From Cyanophyceae cyanobacterium (GTDB taxonomy: Bacteria > Cyanobacteriota > Cyanobacteriia > Cyanobacteriales > JBHJGN01), in the NCBI GenBank assembly GCA_050331735.1, contig JBHJGN010000018.1:1-64000 (forward strand): a DNA stretch of 64,000 nucleotides, read 5' to 3'. Position numbers and translations under genes: made by a program. Below the pieces are notes generated by a model, which was not told the origin of the DNA, did no database searches, and saw only the letters and a program-made list of their open reading frames with translations. Shown one piece after another: positions 20,542 through 31,524 of the stretch. Numbering within the stretch: position 1 is the first letter of the stretch; each line of letters opens with the position of its first letter.

Positions 20542-23009
20542 GCGCTCCCCCCATGATGATTAATAAATTCTTTGAGTTCGTTGACCTTGAACCCCTGCAC
20601 CATCTGCTGAAGAGTCTCGGCAAAGGGGGCAAAGCGAGGATCTGCTTTGAGCTGGTCGGCGGCGGCGCTAATGCCTTTGAGGTTGCCCTTCATGGCTAAC
20701 TCCTGAAGCTTGGCTAACTCTGCTTCAGACGGCACGACCAGGGGGCGATCGCCTGGGGAGTCTGCCTCGACCGAAGCCGGATCACATTCACAAATCCACT
20801 CAAGCTGGAGGTGCTGAAGCAGCATGTCAAATAACTCTTCGGCCCGCACTGGTTTGGTGAGAAAGTCGTTACCTCCCGCTGCTTGGCTTTTTTGGCGGTC
20901 GATTTCATAGACGCTCGCAGAGGAAACGAGCACAGGAATCTGCTCTAGCTCCGGGTGCGCACGAAGCTGTTTAATAAAGGTAAAACCATCCATGACGGGC
21001 ATCACTAAATCAGTAATAACGAGATCGGGTTGATGCTCAACGGCGATCACGAGCGCTTCCTGGCCATTCTCGGCGGCAAGCATTTCAAACCCAATGGGCT
21101 CTAGCAAATTGACAATGACTGAGCGATTTTCGAGGCGCTCGTCTACTACCAAAATTTTGGGAGTGCGATCGCGAATCCCGATAATTTTCTCGTGGCTTTG
21201 GGACTGAGTAATTTGTTTTTCGGCGGGCAGAGCCAGCTCCAAATCAACGGTGAAAATGCTGCCTTCCCCCGGTTTACTCCATACTTGAATCTGACTGCCC
21301 ATCAGCTCAACGATTTTTTGACTAATCGACAATCCTAAACCAGTGCCTTCGGCCTGTTTTTGCTTGTCTCCAGTTTGTTCAAAGGCTTGAAAAATCTTTC
21401 CAATCTGCTCTGGCTTGATGCCCACTCCCGTATCTTCTACCTGAAAACGCACCCAGGAGGAGGTCTCCAGGGGAGACTCGGCGCACTGAATTGGGCGAGT
21501 TCTAGCTTCCAAAGTGCCTTCCTGGTGATAGGCGACCCAAGCCCCCGAATCGGATTCGGGGGTCGCGCCTTCACTGAGAACGGTTACCTCAAAAGTCACT
21601 CCTCCTGTATGGGTAAACTTAATCGCATTACTCAGTAGGTTGAGCAAGACTTGGCGGAGGCGGCTCGCGTCGGTATAAACAGACTGGGGCAGCTCTGGAG
21701 ACGATTGAAAGGTAAAGGAAATCCCTTTTTGTTGCGCCTTAATGCGACAAATTTCTACAACCCCTACCAAAAATTCACCAAAGTCGAAAGCCTGCGGACA
21801 GAGATCGAGTTTTCTGGCTTCAATTTTGGCTAAATCTAAAATATCGTTGATTAAGGTCAATAAGTGTGAACCGCACTGATAGATAATGTCGGCTCCGTGT
21901 TTTTGCTTGGCGGTGAGTTCTCGGTCTCGCTGCAAAATTTGCGCGTAGCCCAAAACGCCATTGAGGGGAGTGCGCAGTTCGTGGCTCATACTGGCCAGAA
22001 ACTCGCTTTTAGCGGTACTGGCCACCTCGGCAGCCTCTTTGGCTACCTGTAGTTGCGTTGCGTACTGCTCTTGTTCGCTCAACAGCTTTCTAACGCGCTC
22101 GATCAGCTCGTTAAAAGAGCGCGCTAGGAGTCCTACTTCATCGTCTGTCGTCACCGATGCCTGAAGCATGAAGTTGCTCTCTTGAGTTGACTGCGCTACG
22201 CGGGTTAAATCTTTAATTGGGTTGGCGATCGCTCGACTGGTACACCAGGCAAGGAGAACAGCAATGGCAATGGATGCTAGAGCGCTAGCCAGAGTAATTT
22301 GGTGTCGCAGCCTTTGCGCTCGCTGCAATTCTGCGTCTACTTCCGCAAATTCTTTAGAAATGATTTCGATTAATTTCTCGTTTCTCTCTGTAAATTCTAA
22401 TAAACTGGCGTTGAGCGGTTCCCGACTGAAGGATAGCAGCTCAGATTTTACTTCTGCCCTTCGCTCAGGAGGAACGTTAGGTAACCCTAAGCTATAGAAA
22501 TTGAATTGAGTTTGCCGAAGATAGTTGATGAGGAGATCGTCGTACTCCAGTAGCCCTGCTAAAGCCTCTAGTTCTTCAGCGGTTTCTTCTACCTCCGGCT
22601 CTTCGTAAGACTCCTTTAATTCTTTCCAGGCTTGATTGGCAAGATACATATGTCTGAGGAACAAATTGTCTGCTTCCTGGAGCCGTTCCGGGTCGGATAG
22701 TAAAGCAGCAAATCTATACTGGTAGACCTGAGCTAGCAGCAAGTTATGCTGGATTTCCTTCGGCAAATCGACTTCCTCTTGGGTGTCTTTTCTCTGTTTT
22801 TCTGCTTCCTGTTCGAGGTAATTGCCGATTAAAGCTCCGGTTCCTGTTCCAACAATGGCAATGGAGAGGGCAATGAAATACCCTAAGCTAATTTTTTGAC
22901 CCACCCTGAGATGACTAAGACGATTCCTCAGCCAGATAACAATGAAACTCTCATTAGGGTCCGTTTTCAGCCAGGGAGGTGCTATCGGTTTCCAAGTCTT
23001 CCCGCTCAT
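20538..23009 (-). CDS. Membrane hybrid histidine kinase (TM-periplasmic-HAMP-HisKA-HATPase-REC)
   Basis: Two TM helices, HAMP (PIKDL...[11 protein letters not shown]), [15 protein letters not shown], receiver DLVMPVMDG. Confidence 0.93.
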   Translation of the reverse strand: MSGKTWKPIAPPWLKTDPNESFIVIWLRNRLSHLRVGQKISLGYFIALSIAIVGTGTGALIGNYLEQEAEKQRKDTQEEVDLPKEIQHNLLLAQVYQYRFAALLSDPERLQEADNLFLRHMYLANQAWKELKESYEEPEVEETAEELEALAGLLEYDDLLINYLRQTQFNFYSLGLPNVPPERRAEVKSELLSFSREPLNASLLEFTERNEKLIEIISKEFAEVDAELQRAQRLRHQITLASALASIAIAVLLAWCTSRAIANPIKDLTRVAQSTQESNFMLQASVTTDDEVGLLARSFNELIERVRKLLSEQEQYATQLQVAKEAAEVASTAKSEFLASMSHELRTPLNGVLGYAQILQRDRELTAKQKHGADIIYQCGSHLLTLINDILDLAKIEARKLDLCPQAFDFGEFLVGVVEICRIKAQQKGISFTFQSSPELPQSVYTDASRLRQVLLNLLSNAIKFTHTGGVTFEVTVLSEGATPESDSGAWVAYHQEGTLEARTRPIQCAESPLETSSWVRFQVEDTGVGIKPEQIGKIFQAFEQTGDKQKQAEGTGLGLSISQKIVELMGSQIQVWSKPGEGSIFTVDLELALPAEKQITQSQSHEKIIGIRDRTPKILVVDERLENRSVIVNLLEPIGFEMLAAENGQEALVIAVEHQPDLVITDLVMPVMDGFTFIKQLRAHPELEQIPVLVSSASVYEIDRQKSQAAGGNDFLTKPVRAEELFDMLLQHLQLEWICECDPASVEADSPGDRPLVVPSEAELAKLQELAMKGNLKGISAAADQLKADPRFAPFAETLQQMVQGFKVNELKEFINHHGGSA

Positions 23010-23091
23010 GCGTCACTGTTTGCTTCTCAAGGGATGTTAGAGGTTCAGCTTGTTTAAGAGTTCCCAAAAAGACCGGGGAAAGTATCATTTT

Positions 23092-23353
23092 GGGGAAGCC
23101 GCTGGCGCGGCAGGGGAAAGGGGAAATTGTCCGGTGCGGGACGGGGAAGAGGGAAAGGGGAAAGGAAAATTAGTCGCTCCGCGACGAATAAAGAATAGCG
23201 GGCCGAGATTGAATACTATTCAATTCCTCCCTTTCCCCTTTCCCCTGCGCCTACGGCGCTTTCCCTTTCCCCGTTGCGCAGCAACTATTTTCCCGGCGCC
23301 AGCGGCGCTTTCCCTTTCCCCGTGCCTTTGGCGCTTTCCCGTCGCGGAGCGAC
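23092..23353. repeat. Modular heptamer/minihairpin repeat element (copy C, longest)
   Basis: GGGGAAA arm and TTTCCCC arm around a core; 13-nt hairpins GCGCC-TAC-GGCGC, GTTGC-GCA-GCAAC, GCGCC-AGC-GGCGC, GTGCC-TTT-GGCGC, GTCGC-GGA-GCGAC. Confidence 0.85.
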
Positions 23354-23397
23354 ATCACGGTAAACTGATTGAAGGTAACTCAACTGATTTCCCTTGT

Positions 23398-25536
23398 ATG
23401 CCTACATTTCTCCTCGAAGTTGGTACAGAAGAACTCCCGGCAGCATTCGTCGAGAGCGCGATCGCTCAATGGCAACACCGGATTCCACAATCGCTAGCGG
23501 AGCAGTTTTTGCAGGCGGAGACGGTGGCAGTGTACGGAACGCCTCGCCGTCTCACTGTAGTGGTCACAGGTCTCCCGGCGCAGCAGAGCGATCGCACCGA
23601 GGAAATTAAGGGGCCTCCGGCGCAGGTGGCGTTTAAGGAGGGTCAGCCGACTAAAGCCGCCGCAGGATTTGCCCGGAAGCAGGCGGTGGCGCTAGAAGCC
23701 CTAGAAATTCGGGAAACGGACAAGGGAGAGTTTGTGTTCGTGCAGAAAACCATTGCCGGACGCGCAACGGCTGAAATCTTGTCAGAACTGAGTGTTGAGT
23801 GGATTACTGGATTAGAAGGCAAGCGGTTTATGCGGTGGGGAGACGGAGACCTGCGGTTTGCTCGCCCGATCCGCTGGCTGGTGGCGCTGCTGGATGAAGA
23901 AATTCTAGATGTTCAGCTCGTTAATGGCTCGGAAACAATTAAAAGCGATCGCACCTCTGCGGGTCATCGCGTCCTTCATCCGCAGCCTGTGGCAATTCCT
24001 CACGCTTCGGATTATGTCCAGTGTTTGCGCAATGCCTCCGTAGAAGTCGTGCCGACCGAGCGACAACGGCGGATCGAGCAGCAGATAGCAGCGGCAGCCG
24101 AGCAGTTGGGCGGCACTGCCGATATTCCTGCGGATTTGCTGGGGGAGGTGATTCATCTAGTGGAGTGGCCAACCGCCGTTACCGGTAATTTTGAGTCGGA
24201 ATTTTTAAGCTTACCGCCAGAGGTGATTGCGACGGTAATGGTGACTCACCAGCGCTATTTTCCGGTCCAGGATGCCCAGAAGCCGGAAGCGCTGCTGTCC
24301 CATTTCATTGCCGTGTCTAATGGCGATCCGGCTCAGGCGAAGACGATTGCCGCCGGGAATGAGCGCGTGATTCGCGCCCGCCTCGCCGATGCTCAATTCT
24401 TTTACCAAGCAGACTGCTCCAAGCCCTTAGAAAGCTTCTTGCCTCAGCTAGAGAGCGTCACGTTCCAGGAAGATTTGGGGTCGATGCGGGACAAGGTGGA
24501 TCGGATTGTTAAAATTGCGGGACAAATCTCAGAACAGCTTGAACTAACGGGTTCTGACCATGCTGAAGTTGAGCTGTGTGCGCTGCTGTGTAAGGCAGAC
24601 CTGGTATCGCAGATGGTGTATGAGTTTCCCGAACTTCAGGGGGTGATGGGAGAACAGTATGCGCGAGTGAGCCATCAGTCTGACGCGGTTGCCAAAGGCA
24701 TTTTTGAACATTATCTGCCGCGAGGAGCCGACGATATCCTGCCGCAAACGCTCGCCGGACAGGTGGTGGGCATCGCCGATCGCATCGATACGTTGGTCGG
24801 TATTTTTGGCTTAGGAATGATTCCGAGCGGCTCTTCTGACCCGTTTGCCCTCCGTCGCGCCGCCAATGCCGTTGTCAGCGTGACCTGGGAAGCTCAGCTA
24901 CCGCTCGATGTGGCCCGGTTGATTGAGCAAAATGCCGCTGACTTTGGGGCGACGCACCCGAATCGGGAATCCCCTGCATCTGCCCTAGAAGAGTTTTTTA
25001 TTGGTCGCGTTCGTACGCTGTTACAGGAAGAAGGCATCGACTACGATTTGGTCAATGCTGTCCTCGGAGAAGATCCAGAATATACCGCGCGATCGCTTCA
25101 GGATTTACTCGACGTGCGCGATCGTGCTCGCTTTCTCCAAACCATTCGCACCAACGGCACTCTCGACACCATCTATGAAACGGTCAACCGTTCGGCGCGG
25201 CTGGCGACGAAGGGTAGCTTAGATACTCAGCAGCTCGATCCCGCCGCTATTGTCCGTCCTGACCTGTTTGAGAAAGCATCGGAGCAGTCTTTCTACGAAG
25301 CATTAGTAGAGCTTGTGCCGAAGACGCAAGCGGCTCAAGCTGAACGCAACTATCAGCAGCTCATCGATGCCTTGGCGCAGGTTGCGCCCACCGTCAGTAA
25401 CTTTTTCGATGGACCCGATAGCGTTCTGGTGATGGACGACAACCCCGATATTCAGCAAAATCGCCTCAATCTCCTCGGCTTGCTGCGCAACCATGCGCGA
25501 GTGCTGGCCGACTTTGGGTTGATCGTTAAAACCTAA
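23398..25536 (+). CDS. glyS: Glycine--tRNA ligase beta subunit
   Basis: [51 protein letters not shown]; start moved to ATG 23398. Confidence 0.96.
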   Translation: MPTFLLEVGTEELPAAFVESAIAQWQHRIPQSLAEQFLQAETVAVYGTPRRLTVVVTGLPAQQSDRTEEIKGPPAQVAFKEGQPTKAAAGFARKQAVALEALEIRETDKGEFVFVQKTIAGRATAEILSELSVEWITGLEGKRFMRWGDGDLRFARPIRWLVALLDEEILDVQLVNGSETIKSDRTSAGHRVLHPQPVAIPHASDYVQCLRNASVEVVPTERQRRIEQQIAAAAEQLGGTADIPADLLGEVIHLVEWPTAVTGNFESEFLSLPPEVIATVMVTHQRYFPVQDAQKPEALLSHFIAVSNGDPAQAKTIAAGNERVIRARLADAQFFYQADCSKPLESFLPQLESVTFQEDLGSMRDKVDRIVKIAGQISEQLELTGSDHAEVELCALLCKADLVSQMVYEFPELQGVMGEQYARVSHQSDAVAKGIFEHYLPRGADDILPQTLAGQVVGIADRIDTLVGIFGLGMIPSGSSDPFALRRAANAVVSVTWEAQLPLDVARLIEQNAADFGATHPNRESPASALEEFFIGRVRTLLQEEGIDYDLVNAVLGEDPEYTARSLQDLLDVRDRARFLQTIRTNGTLDTIYETVNRSARLATKGSLDTQQLDPAAIVRPDLFEKASEQSFYEALVELVPKTQAAQAERNYQQLIDALAQVAPTVSNFFDGPDSVLVMDDNPDIQQNRLNLLGLLRNHARVLADFGLIVKT

Positions 25537-25613
25537 GAGGAGATCGTCTTTGGCAGGACAGAAACTGTCGATTGATGTCAAGCAGACTACTCGGCTAGTT
25601 TTCTGGCGATCTC

Positions 25614-25827
25614 ATATCAACTCTGTTTAATTAGTTGCAAAATCTATTTCATCGCCATTCTTTTGTTTCCTCCTGCCCCTCTCGGTGCGTAATTCGCCGT
25701 GCAACGGCGACGGGGCTTGCAGGGTCTCGAACTCAATTCGAGACACAGCCCCTCAATTACGCACCGTCTGTCCCCTGCCTCCTGCCTTACTCTACATAAA
25801 TTATGGTTGTTTAACAGGATTTGATAT
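25614..25827. mobile_element. MITE, 214 bp (family 3), with nested REP-like hairpin
   Basis: TIRs ATATCAACTCTGTTTAA vs reverse complement ATATCAAATCCTGTTAA (13/17); CCTCCTG-type heptamers inside. Confidence 0.7.
25683..25766. repeat. REP-like multi-branched palindrome
   Basis: Perfect 12-bp inverted repeat CGGTGCGTAATT / AATTACGCACCG enclosing TCGCCGT-GCA-ACGGCGA, GGGGCT..AGCCCC and GTCTCGAA-N5-TTCGAGAC. Confidence 0.85.
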
Positions 25828-26340
25828 CACTTCTAAAATCCCCCGGTACATATTCATTCCGCAGGCGAACTGGTATCGTCCTGGTTCTTTAGGTGTCAGC
25901 TCAACGGTCGTTACCTGGTCGAGGGCTAGATCTTGAGCGATGCCAAAATCAGCGAGGACAACTTTTTCGAGGCAACTGCTGCGATCGCGCCGGAGGAAAT
26001 TGAGCTGTACAGGCTGTCCGGCTTCAACAACAATGTGACTCGGCTCATAGCCACCATCGACGGTGATTTCTACCTCCTGTACCCCCTGACTCGCTTGGGC
26101 GGTGGCGGCTTTATTCTTACTGAGCAAAAACCACCATAGCTCTAGCCCAATCAATCCCAATCCGCCTAGGGTGACAGCAATTTTCGTGCCGAGCGGCTGC
26201 TCAAGGCGCTGGAATTGTTCGGTCTGTTCAGACTCGGAAGCAGGCATCTCTATATCTAGTTCTTCTTGAGCGAGAACCGCTCCGGAAGAGAGGAGCAGTC
26301 CCACTCCCATGAGGTTTCCAATGAGTTTTATAGTCAACAT
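25801..26340 (-). CDS. Cupredoxin-domain copper-binding protein (CupA-like)
   Basis: ITVDGGYEP, SSCLE, FACGMNMYRG; signal peptide and TM helix; immediately downstream of the Cu-ATPase. Confidence 0.88.
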   Translation of the reverse strand: MLTIKLIGNLMGVGLLLSSGAVLAQEELDIEMPASESEQTEQFQRLEQPLGTKIAVTLGGLGLIGLELWWFLLSKNKAATAQASQGVQEVEITVDGGYEPSHIVVEAGQPVQLNFLRRDRSSCLEKVVLADFGIAQDLALDQVTTVELTPKEPGRYQFACGMNMYRGILEVISNPVKQP

Positions 26341-26377
26341 TTTGGCGATTTAAGGTAAATTCAAGGCCAGAACAGGA

Positions 26378-28618
26378 TTAGGCGTGGAAATTGCGCAGAC
26401 GCAGGGCATTCGTTACTACCGACACCGAACTAAACGCCATTGCGCCGCCCGCAATAATCGGGTTGAGTAACCAGCCAAACACCGGGAACAGAATTCCTGC
26501 TGCAATGGGAATGCCCAAGACGTTGTAGATAAAGGCAAAGAAAAGATTTTGGCGAATATTGCGAATGGTCGCTTTACTGAGTTCAATAGCGGTCACGATG
26601 CCTTGAATATCGCCAGAAATGAGGGTAATATCCGAAGCGGCGATCGCCACATCGGTTCCCGTGCCGATAGCCATGCCCACATCCGCCTGGGCAAGGGCGG
26701 GGGCATCGTTAATGCCGTCTCCCACCATCGCTACTGTTTTCCCCTCCTGTTGCAGGGCCAATACCTGAGCGGCTTTTTGGTCGGGGCGCACTTCGGCAAA
26801 CACGCGCTCAATACCTACTTCAGCGGCGATCGCTTCAGCGGTGGGGCGGTTATCTCCAGTGAGCATCACGACTTCTAAGCCCATCTGCTTGAGGGAGCGG
26901 ATGGCTTCAGTAGAAGAAGGCTTGAGGGTGTCGGCAATGCCCATAATGCCTTCAATCGCTCCATCAACGGCAATCCAAACGACCGTTTTTCCCTGGGCTT
27001 CCCAAGCGTCTTGCTGCTGAAATGTCGTATCAATGTTTAATTCCTGCATCCACCGCTGCGTCCCAATTTGCACCCAGCGGTCAGCAACCATGCCCTGCAC
27101 CCCGCTTCCGGCAACGGCTTCAAACTCTCTTGCTTCTCCCAACTTCACCTGTTGAGACTCGGCGTATCTCACGACCGCTTCCGCTAAGGGATGTTCCGAG
27201 CTGCGTTCGACGGCGGCGGCAAGGGCAATCAGCTTTAATTCCTGTTGAGCGCCCCGATGAATGCTGACGAAATCGGTCACGGTAGGCTTGCCTTCGGTTA
27301 CGGTTCCGGTTTTGTCGAGCACAATGGTGTGAATCTTGTGCGCCAGCTCTAAACTTTCTGCCCCCTTAATTAGAATGCCGTTTTCGGCTCCTTTCCCAGT
27401 GCCCACCATCACGGAGGTGGGAGTAGCTAACCCCAAGGCACAGGGGCAGGCGATAATCAACACGCCCACGGTGGTAATCAGAGCCAGGGACAGATTGCCC
27501 ATTACGTCGAACCAAATTACAAAGGTAAGAATGGCAATGGCAATCACCACCGGTACAAACCACCCCGTCACTCGATCGGCCAAGCGCTGAATCGGCGCTT
27601 TAGAGCCTTGGGCTTGCTGGACTAATTTGACAATCTGGGCAAGCACCGTATCTTTACCAACTCGCGTGGCCCGAAACTTAAAGCTGCCAGTTTTGTTGAT
27701 CGTTGCGCCAATCACTTCATCTCCCGGCTGCTTCTTCACCGGCAAACTTTCTCCCGTCACCATCGCCTCATCAATGGTAGAAGTGCCTTCCACTACTTCC
27801 CCATCTACCGGAATTTTTTCTCCTGGACGCACTAGGATCACATCGTCTACCTGGACTTCTTGAATCGGGATGTCTATCTCTTGACCATTGCGGATTACCC
27901 GCGCATCTCTAGCCTGTAAGCCAATCAACTGACGAATGGCTTCTGAGGTTTGTCCTTTAGCCCGATTCTCAAACAGTCGTCCCAAAAGGATTAAGGTAAT
28001 GACGACGGCGGCGGTCTCGTAATACACTTCCGGCATCAAGCCCTGGTTGATGAAGAAATCGGGAAATAGAGTAGCAAATAGAGAGTAGAAAAATGCTGCA
28101 CTGGTTCCCAGGGCAATGAGAGTGTCCATAGTGGCCGTATGGCGCTTGAATGCTTTCCACGCTCCGGTGTAGAAGCTATAGCCGCACCAGAACTGCACAG
28201 GAGCGGTCAGCGCTAACTGAAACCAGGCGTTGTGAAGCCAAGCAGGGATCAACGGGAACTCAATGCCTGTCATCATCGGTAAGGAACCAATGATGAGGAT
28301 AGCGCTGATGATACCGCCGACGATTACTTTCCGCCACAGGTCGCGGGATTCTGCTTTACGGGCGGCTTTCTCTTCGTCATCTTCTCCCGTGACCATTTCT
28401 TGGTCCTGGAGAGGAGTGGCGCTATACCCAGCCGCATCCACCGCCTTCTGAATTTCCTCCAGACTCGCTTTTTGGGGATTGTACTGGACTGTCGCTTGTT
28501 CAGCACCGAAGTTGACGCTACATTCGCTCACGCCAGGAACAGAGCGAATCGCTTGTTCAATGTTGTTGGCGCAGGAGGCACAGCTCATGCCTCGCAGTTT
28601 CAGAGTATCGGTATCCAT
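26378..28618 (-). CDS. pacS: Cu(+)-transporting P1B-type ATPase
   Basis: GMSCASC metal-binding domain, [42 protein letters not shown]; start moved to ATG 28618. Confidence 0.92.
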   Translation of the reverse strand: MDTDTLKLRGMSCASCANNIEQAIRSVPGVSECSVNFGAEQATVQYNPQKASLEEIQKAVDAAGYSATPLQDQEMVTGEDDEEKAARKAESRDLWRKVIVGGIISAILIIGSLPMMTGIEFPLIPAWLHNAWFQLALTAPVQFWCGYSFYTGAWKAFKRHTATMDTLIALGTSAAFFYSLFATLFPDFFINQGLMPEVYYETAAVVITLILLGRLFENRAKGQTSEAIRQLIGLQARDARVIRNGQEIDIPIQEVQVDDVILVRPGEKIPVDGEVVEGTSTIDEAMVTGESLPVKKQPGDEVIGATINKTGSFKFRATRVGKDTVLAQIVKLVQQAQGSKAPIQRLADRVTGWFVPVVIAIAILTFVIWFDVMGNLSLALITTVGVLIIACPCALGLATPTSVMVGTGKGAENGILIKGAESLELAHKIHTIVLDKTGTVTEGKPTVTDFVSIHRGAQQELKLIALAAAVERSSEHPLAEAVVRYAESQQVKLGEAREFEAVAGSGVQGMVADRWVQIGTQRWMQELNIDTTFQQQDAWEAQGKTVVWIAVDGAIEGIMGIADTLKPSSTEAIRSLKQMGLEVVMLTGDNRPTAEAIAAEVGIERVFAEVRPDQKAAQVLALQQEGKTVAMVGDGINDAPALAQADVGMAIGTGTDVAIAASDITLISGDIQGIVTAIELSKATIRNIRQNLFFAFIYNVLGIPIAAGILFPVFGWLLNPIIAGGAMAFSSVSVVTNALRLRNFHA

Positions 28619-28646
28619 GATTTGGGACTTGGTTCTACAGTGTCGC

Positions 28647-28776
28647 CTAGGCAGCGGGGTAGCCAGCAGCGGAGAGCGCTTCTTTGAACTTGGCTTCGGA
28701 TTACTGAGTGTCAATCCTGACCAGCTTCGTTATTTTCAGAACAAACAAGTCTAGGAACTTTCAGCGATAGGGTCAT
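28647..28776 (-). pseudogene. atx1: Atx1/CopZ-type copper chaperone pseudogene
   Basis: MTLSLKVPRLVCS then frameshift to [28 protein letters not shown]; internal deletion removes the second Cys of CxxC; TAA at 28703-28701. Confidence 0.8.
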
Positions 28777-28832
28777 GGCTAATAACAATAGTGAAGAGTC
28801 GCTTTTTAGCTTGCTCGCTTGAACCTATTGTT

Positions 28833-28864
28833 AGCTTAAACTCTCTAGTTAACTGGAGAGTCAA
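28833..28864 (-). promoter_or_regulatory. MerR-family metal-responsive promoter/operator
   Basis: -35 TTGACT (28864-28859), 20-bp spacer, -10 TAAGCT (28838-28833); dyad ACTCTCCAGTTAACTAGAGAGT (28840-28861) with one mismatched pair. Confidence 0.88.
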
Positions 28865-28962
28865 GGGTAAGCTGTGATTTTTCAGTGTACGTGTTTGATG
28901 AGGCGTGAATCTGATTTGTACACTCAAATGTGTAATCAAGCCAGATAGCAAGACAGTAAGGG

Positions 28963-29382
28963 TTAAGAGCGAAGCTGACGGACAGAGCGCAGAAGACGTT
29001 TGATAAAGCGACCGAGAGTTGGTGCTAGGGTCGTTGTTGACTCGGGATGGGGAGGAATTCTCGCCATGAGCTCGTAGTACTCATCGAGCAAATCGTGCTC
29101 AATGTCAGAAACACGGTCGTCAGCGATGAGCATACTGGCAATCTCGCTGAGGAGCCGCTGGCGTTCGGTATCGGTACTGTCTTTAAGATACTCCACTAGC
29201 CAAAGCTCAGTTTGTTTGAGCGGGACTGGTTGCTCTAGAAGCGTCTGAAGTTCGGGATTGAGGTGGAGATGGAATCGCTGGAGCAATTGCTGGAAATGTT
29301 CAATTTCTGTCGGTTCGAGACGGCGATCGCTCCAGGCTGCGCCAATCACAATCTTGAGCAGCAGATGTTGTTTGATATCCAA
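28963..29382 (-). CDS. TerB-like domain protein
   Basis: LLKIVIGAAWSD..L.P.E and MLIADDRVSDIEHDLL TerB-type repeats. Confidence 0.75.
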   Translation of the reverse strand: MDIKQHLLLKIVIGAAWSDRRLEPTEIEHFQQLLQRFHLHLNPELQTLLEQPVPLKQTELWLVEYLKDSTDTERQRLLSEIASMLIADDRVSDIEHDLLDEYYELMARIPPHPESTTTLAPTLGRFIKRLLRSVRQLRS

Positions 29383-29577
29383 CTTTAGTATTCCAACGCA
29401 GCTATAGCCAGATCTTAACTTGTCTCGGTTCCAGATTGGCGAGTGTTTTGGCTAGCTTGCCTATATCGCATCACATAGCTTCTGTGCTGCCTGATTGCCA
29501 TAGTTGACAGGACCGGGAAACGCACTGCGAGCTTCACGGTGGCAAAACGGCAACGAACTTTCTTTGGCTCCCTAATC

Positions 29578-31503
29578 CTAAAAGGCTTCCGGTCTACTGA
29601 CAATCCTCTCAGAATCGCTATAGAAAACTGATTTGAGATACCCTGGACCAAGCCGAGCGGGATTAGCAAACTTCCCGCAAGCAGCAATAATTCCCGGCTG
29701 TTCCAGAGGTGTTGGTCTGATGGCCCAAAGCATTTGCCCATCTTCTAAGTCAATTTTATTCGTAATGGTTGTTTGCTCCGGTAGCTGAGACAGTGCTTCG
29801 ATCATTTGAGTTGTGTCAGAACGTCCTCCGTGTTTCTGTTCGTACCGATTGAGCATGTTTCTAAAGTCACCGATCCGAACATGCGGTGCATTCGTTTGAT
29901 CAATAGCGTCATCGGCTACAAGATAAACAGAGGAGCCGCTAGTATTACGAAAGTAAACGTCTTCCATTCCTGCTGGACAACTAATCTTCGCAAAACTGGG
30001 TGGATAACTAACGAACTTAGTGACGATTGTTCCGGCAAACGTCAACAAGATCAGCGCACTTCCCAACAGCCAAAGCAGTAAAGATGACTCTCTAACAGCA
30101 GGAATTTGCTGTAATTGTTGCCAGTTCATCTGACGGACAATCGCAGCGACTCCGAAAGCCGGAATGAGAGCAATAAAGGAAACAGTTGCCATATAGGGAC
30201 GCATGCCAGCATCCCAAGGGGGAACAAAAGGCACAGATAGTAAGATACCAAGGGTGGACGCTAAAATGAGAGAGCCGATGGGAGAGTAACGTTGACGATA
30301 GGCACTCACTAAACCGTAAACACTCAAAATTTGCAGTCCAACGTTAAGTTTTGGATTGTTGTAGTCTGCTGTCGCCACGAAATCGAAGACAAAATCCTCC
30401 CAAAGAAAGACTCTCCAAGCTCTGATACACCCTCTTAGCAAACTCAACGGATCGTCGCGCAGAATCCCAAAAATAATTTGATAAATCCTCTCGGTCGCTT
30501 CTTTGTTCGACAACTCCATTATTTCAGGATGATCTTTAAAAATAGTTTGCCAATTACCATCAACTAATAGACCGTAAAACGAATAGGAAAAATTAGAAAA
30601 TGAGGTCGCTTCAGGCGAGGACACTAGCTTAAAAATCAAAGAATTTAGCAGAAATGCTAATAAAACAAGACTAAATCCTCCTAAAACAAAGCGGCTAGAA
30701 AAGCGATTTGAGCCTTTGAACAGTATTGCACCCCACAAAATTAGTGCAGGTAAGATGAAAAATGTGCCAGCCCGGGTATTTAAGGCCAAGGTTAATAAGA
30801 AAATACCGAATAAACAGGAATTGCTTTGAGATTTTGTCGCGCCTCGCCAAATAAATGCCAGTCCCAATACTCCTAGTGCTAGTCCTAAACTTTCGGTTGA
30901 AACAGTACCTAGATAAACTCGATAATACATAAACGTGACGATAAGCACGAAAACGGCAGGTATTGTTCCATGACTGCGCTGGACTTCGCGAGCGAGGAAA
31001 AAACAGGCGATCGCCGTTATCAGCACGAGTAGAGCGATCGTAATTTGTAAATTCTGCCGAGTGAGTCCGAGTAGAGTCGCTAAAACTCCATGAGCTAGCG
31101 GTCGCCAAGCAGAAATATCAAAAAACGTTCCCCCCTCCAAAAAATTAAGCGCACTGCTGTAGTAACCAGCAGTATCGGTCATCGTTAACAGTCCAGACAG
31201 GACAAAGGCACTTAAATTGAGTCCGCTTCTCCAGATGCCCGATAGTTGAATCCCGAACAGAGCGAGCGTACCAGCAAAACTAGTGAGTGTTCCTAGCCAA
31301 CCGGAAGGAAGATAAGCAAAGTAGAGAAAAATCAGACTTGCAATAAACAAAAAAAGTGTGTCTTCTGATAGCAATAACTGGCTAATTCTACCAGGGACAC
31401 CGACAATCAAAATCGTTGCGTAGAGTAACAGGCTAATGCCTACAATTGCTAGCGGATAGAGCAACTGTTGAAGAGATTTTAATGAAAGCTGTCTTAATTT
31501 CAT
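29578..31503 (-). CDS. Polytopic membrane protein, possible GT-C fold glycosyltransferase
   Basis: About 13 TM helices; loop motifs TDTAGY, WRPL, STESLG, LNTRAG resemble GT-C enzymes; soluble C-terminal domain. Confidence 0.7.
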   Translation of the reverse strand: MKLRQLSLKSLQQLLYPLAIVGISLLLYATILIVGVPGRISQLLLSEDTLFLFIASLIFLYFAYLPSGWLGTLTSFAGTLALFGIQLSGIWRSGLNLSAFVLSGLLTMTDTAGYYSSALNFLEGGTFFDISAWRPLAHGVLATLLGLTRQNLQITIALLVLITAIACFFLAREVQRSHGTIPAVFVLIVTFMYYRVYLGTVSTESLGLALGVLGLAFIWRGATKSQSNSCLFGIFLLTLALNTRAGTFFILPALILWGAILFKGSNRFSSRFVLGGFSLVLLAFLLNSLIFKLVSSPEATSFSNFSYSFYGLLVDGNWQTIFKDHPEIMELSNKEATERIYQIIFGILRDDPLSLLRGCIRAWRVFLWEDFVFDFVATADYNNPKLNVGLQILSVYGLVSAYRQRYSPIGSLILASTLGILLSVPFVPPWDAGMRPYMATVSFIALIPAFGVAAIVRQMNWQQLQQIPAVRESSLLLWLLGSALILLTFAGTIVTKFVSYPPSFAKISCPAGMEDVYFRNTSGSSVYLVADDAIDQTNAPHVRIGDFRNMLNRYEQKHGGRSDTTQMIEALSQLPEQTTITNKIDLEDGQMLWAIRPTPLEQPGIIAACGKFANPARLGPGYLKSVFYSDSERIVSRPEAF

Positions 31504-31524
31504 TTTATACTTTCAATTTAATCA

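Noticed and set aside
23225..23353. CRISPR-like array of repeats and spacers
   Set aside because: Units are ~20-26 nt low-complexity tracts with related 13-nt hairpins, not constant repeats with unique spacers; no cas genes in the window.
23050..23397. 116-aa N-terminal extension of GlyS in the ORF track
   Set aside because: It is the repeat element read in frame; the conserved GlyS start [14 protein letters not shown] begins at 23398.
28619..28714. N-terminal extension of the Cu-ATPase
   Set aside because: It overlaps the atx1 remnant in another frame; the PacS-like sequence starts at ATG 28618.
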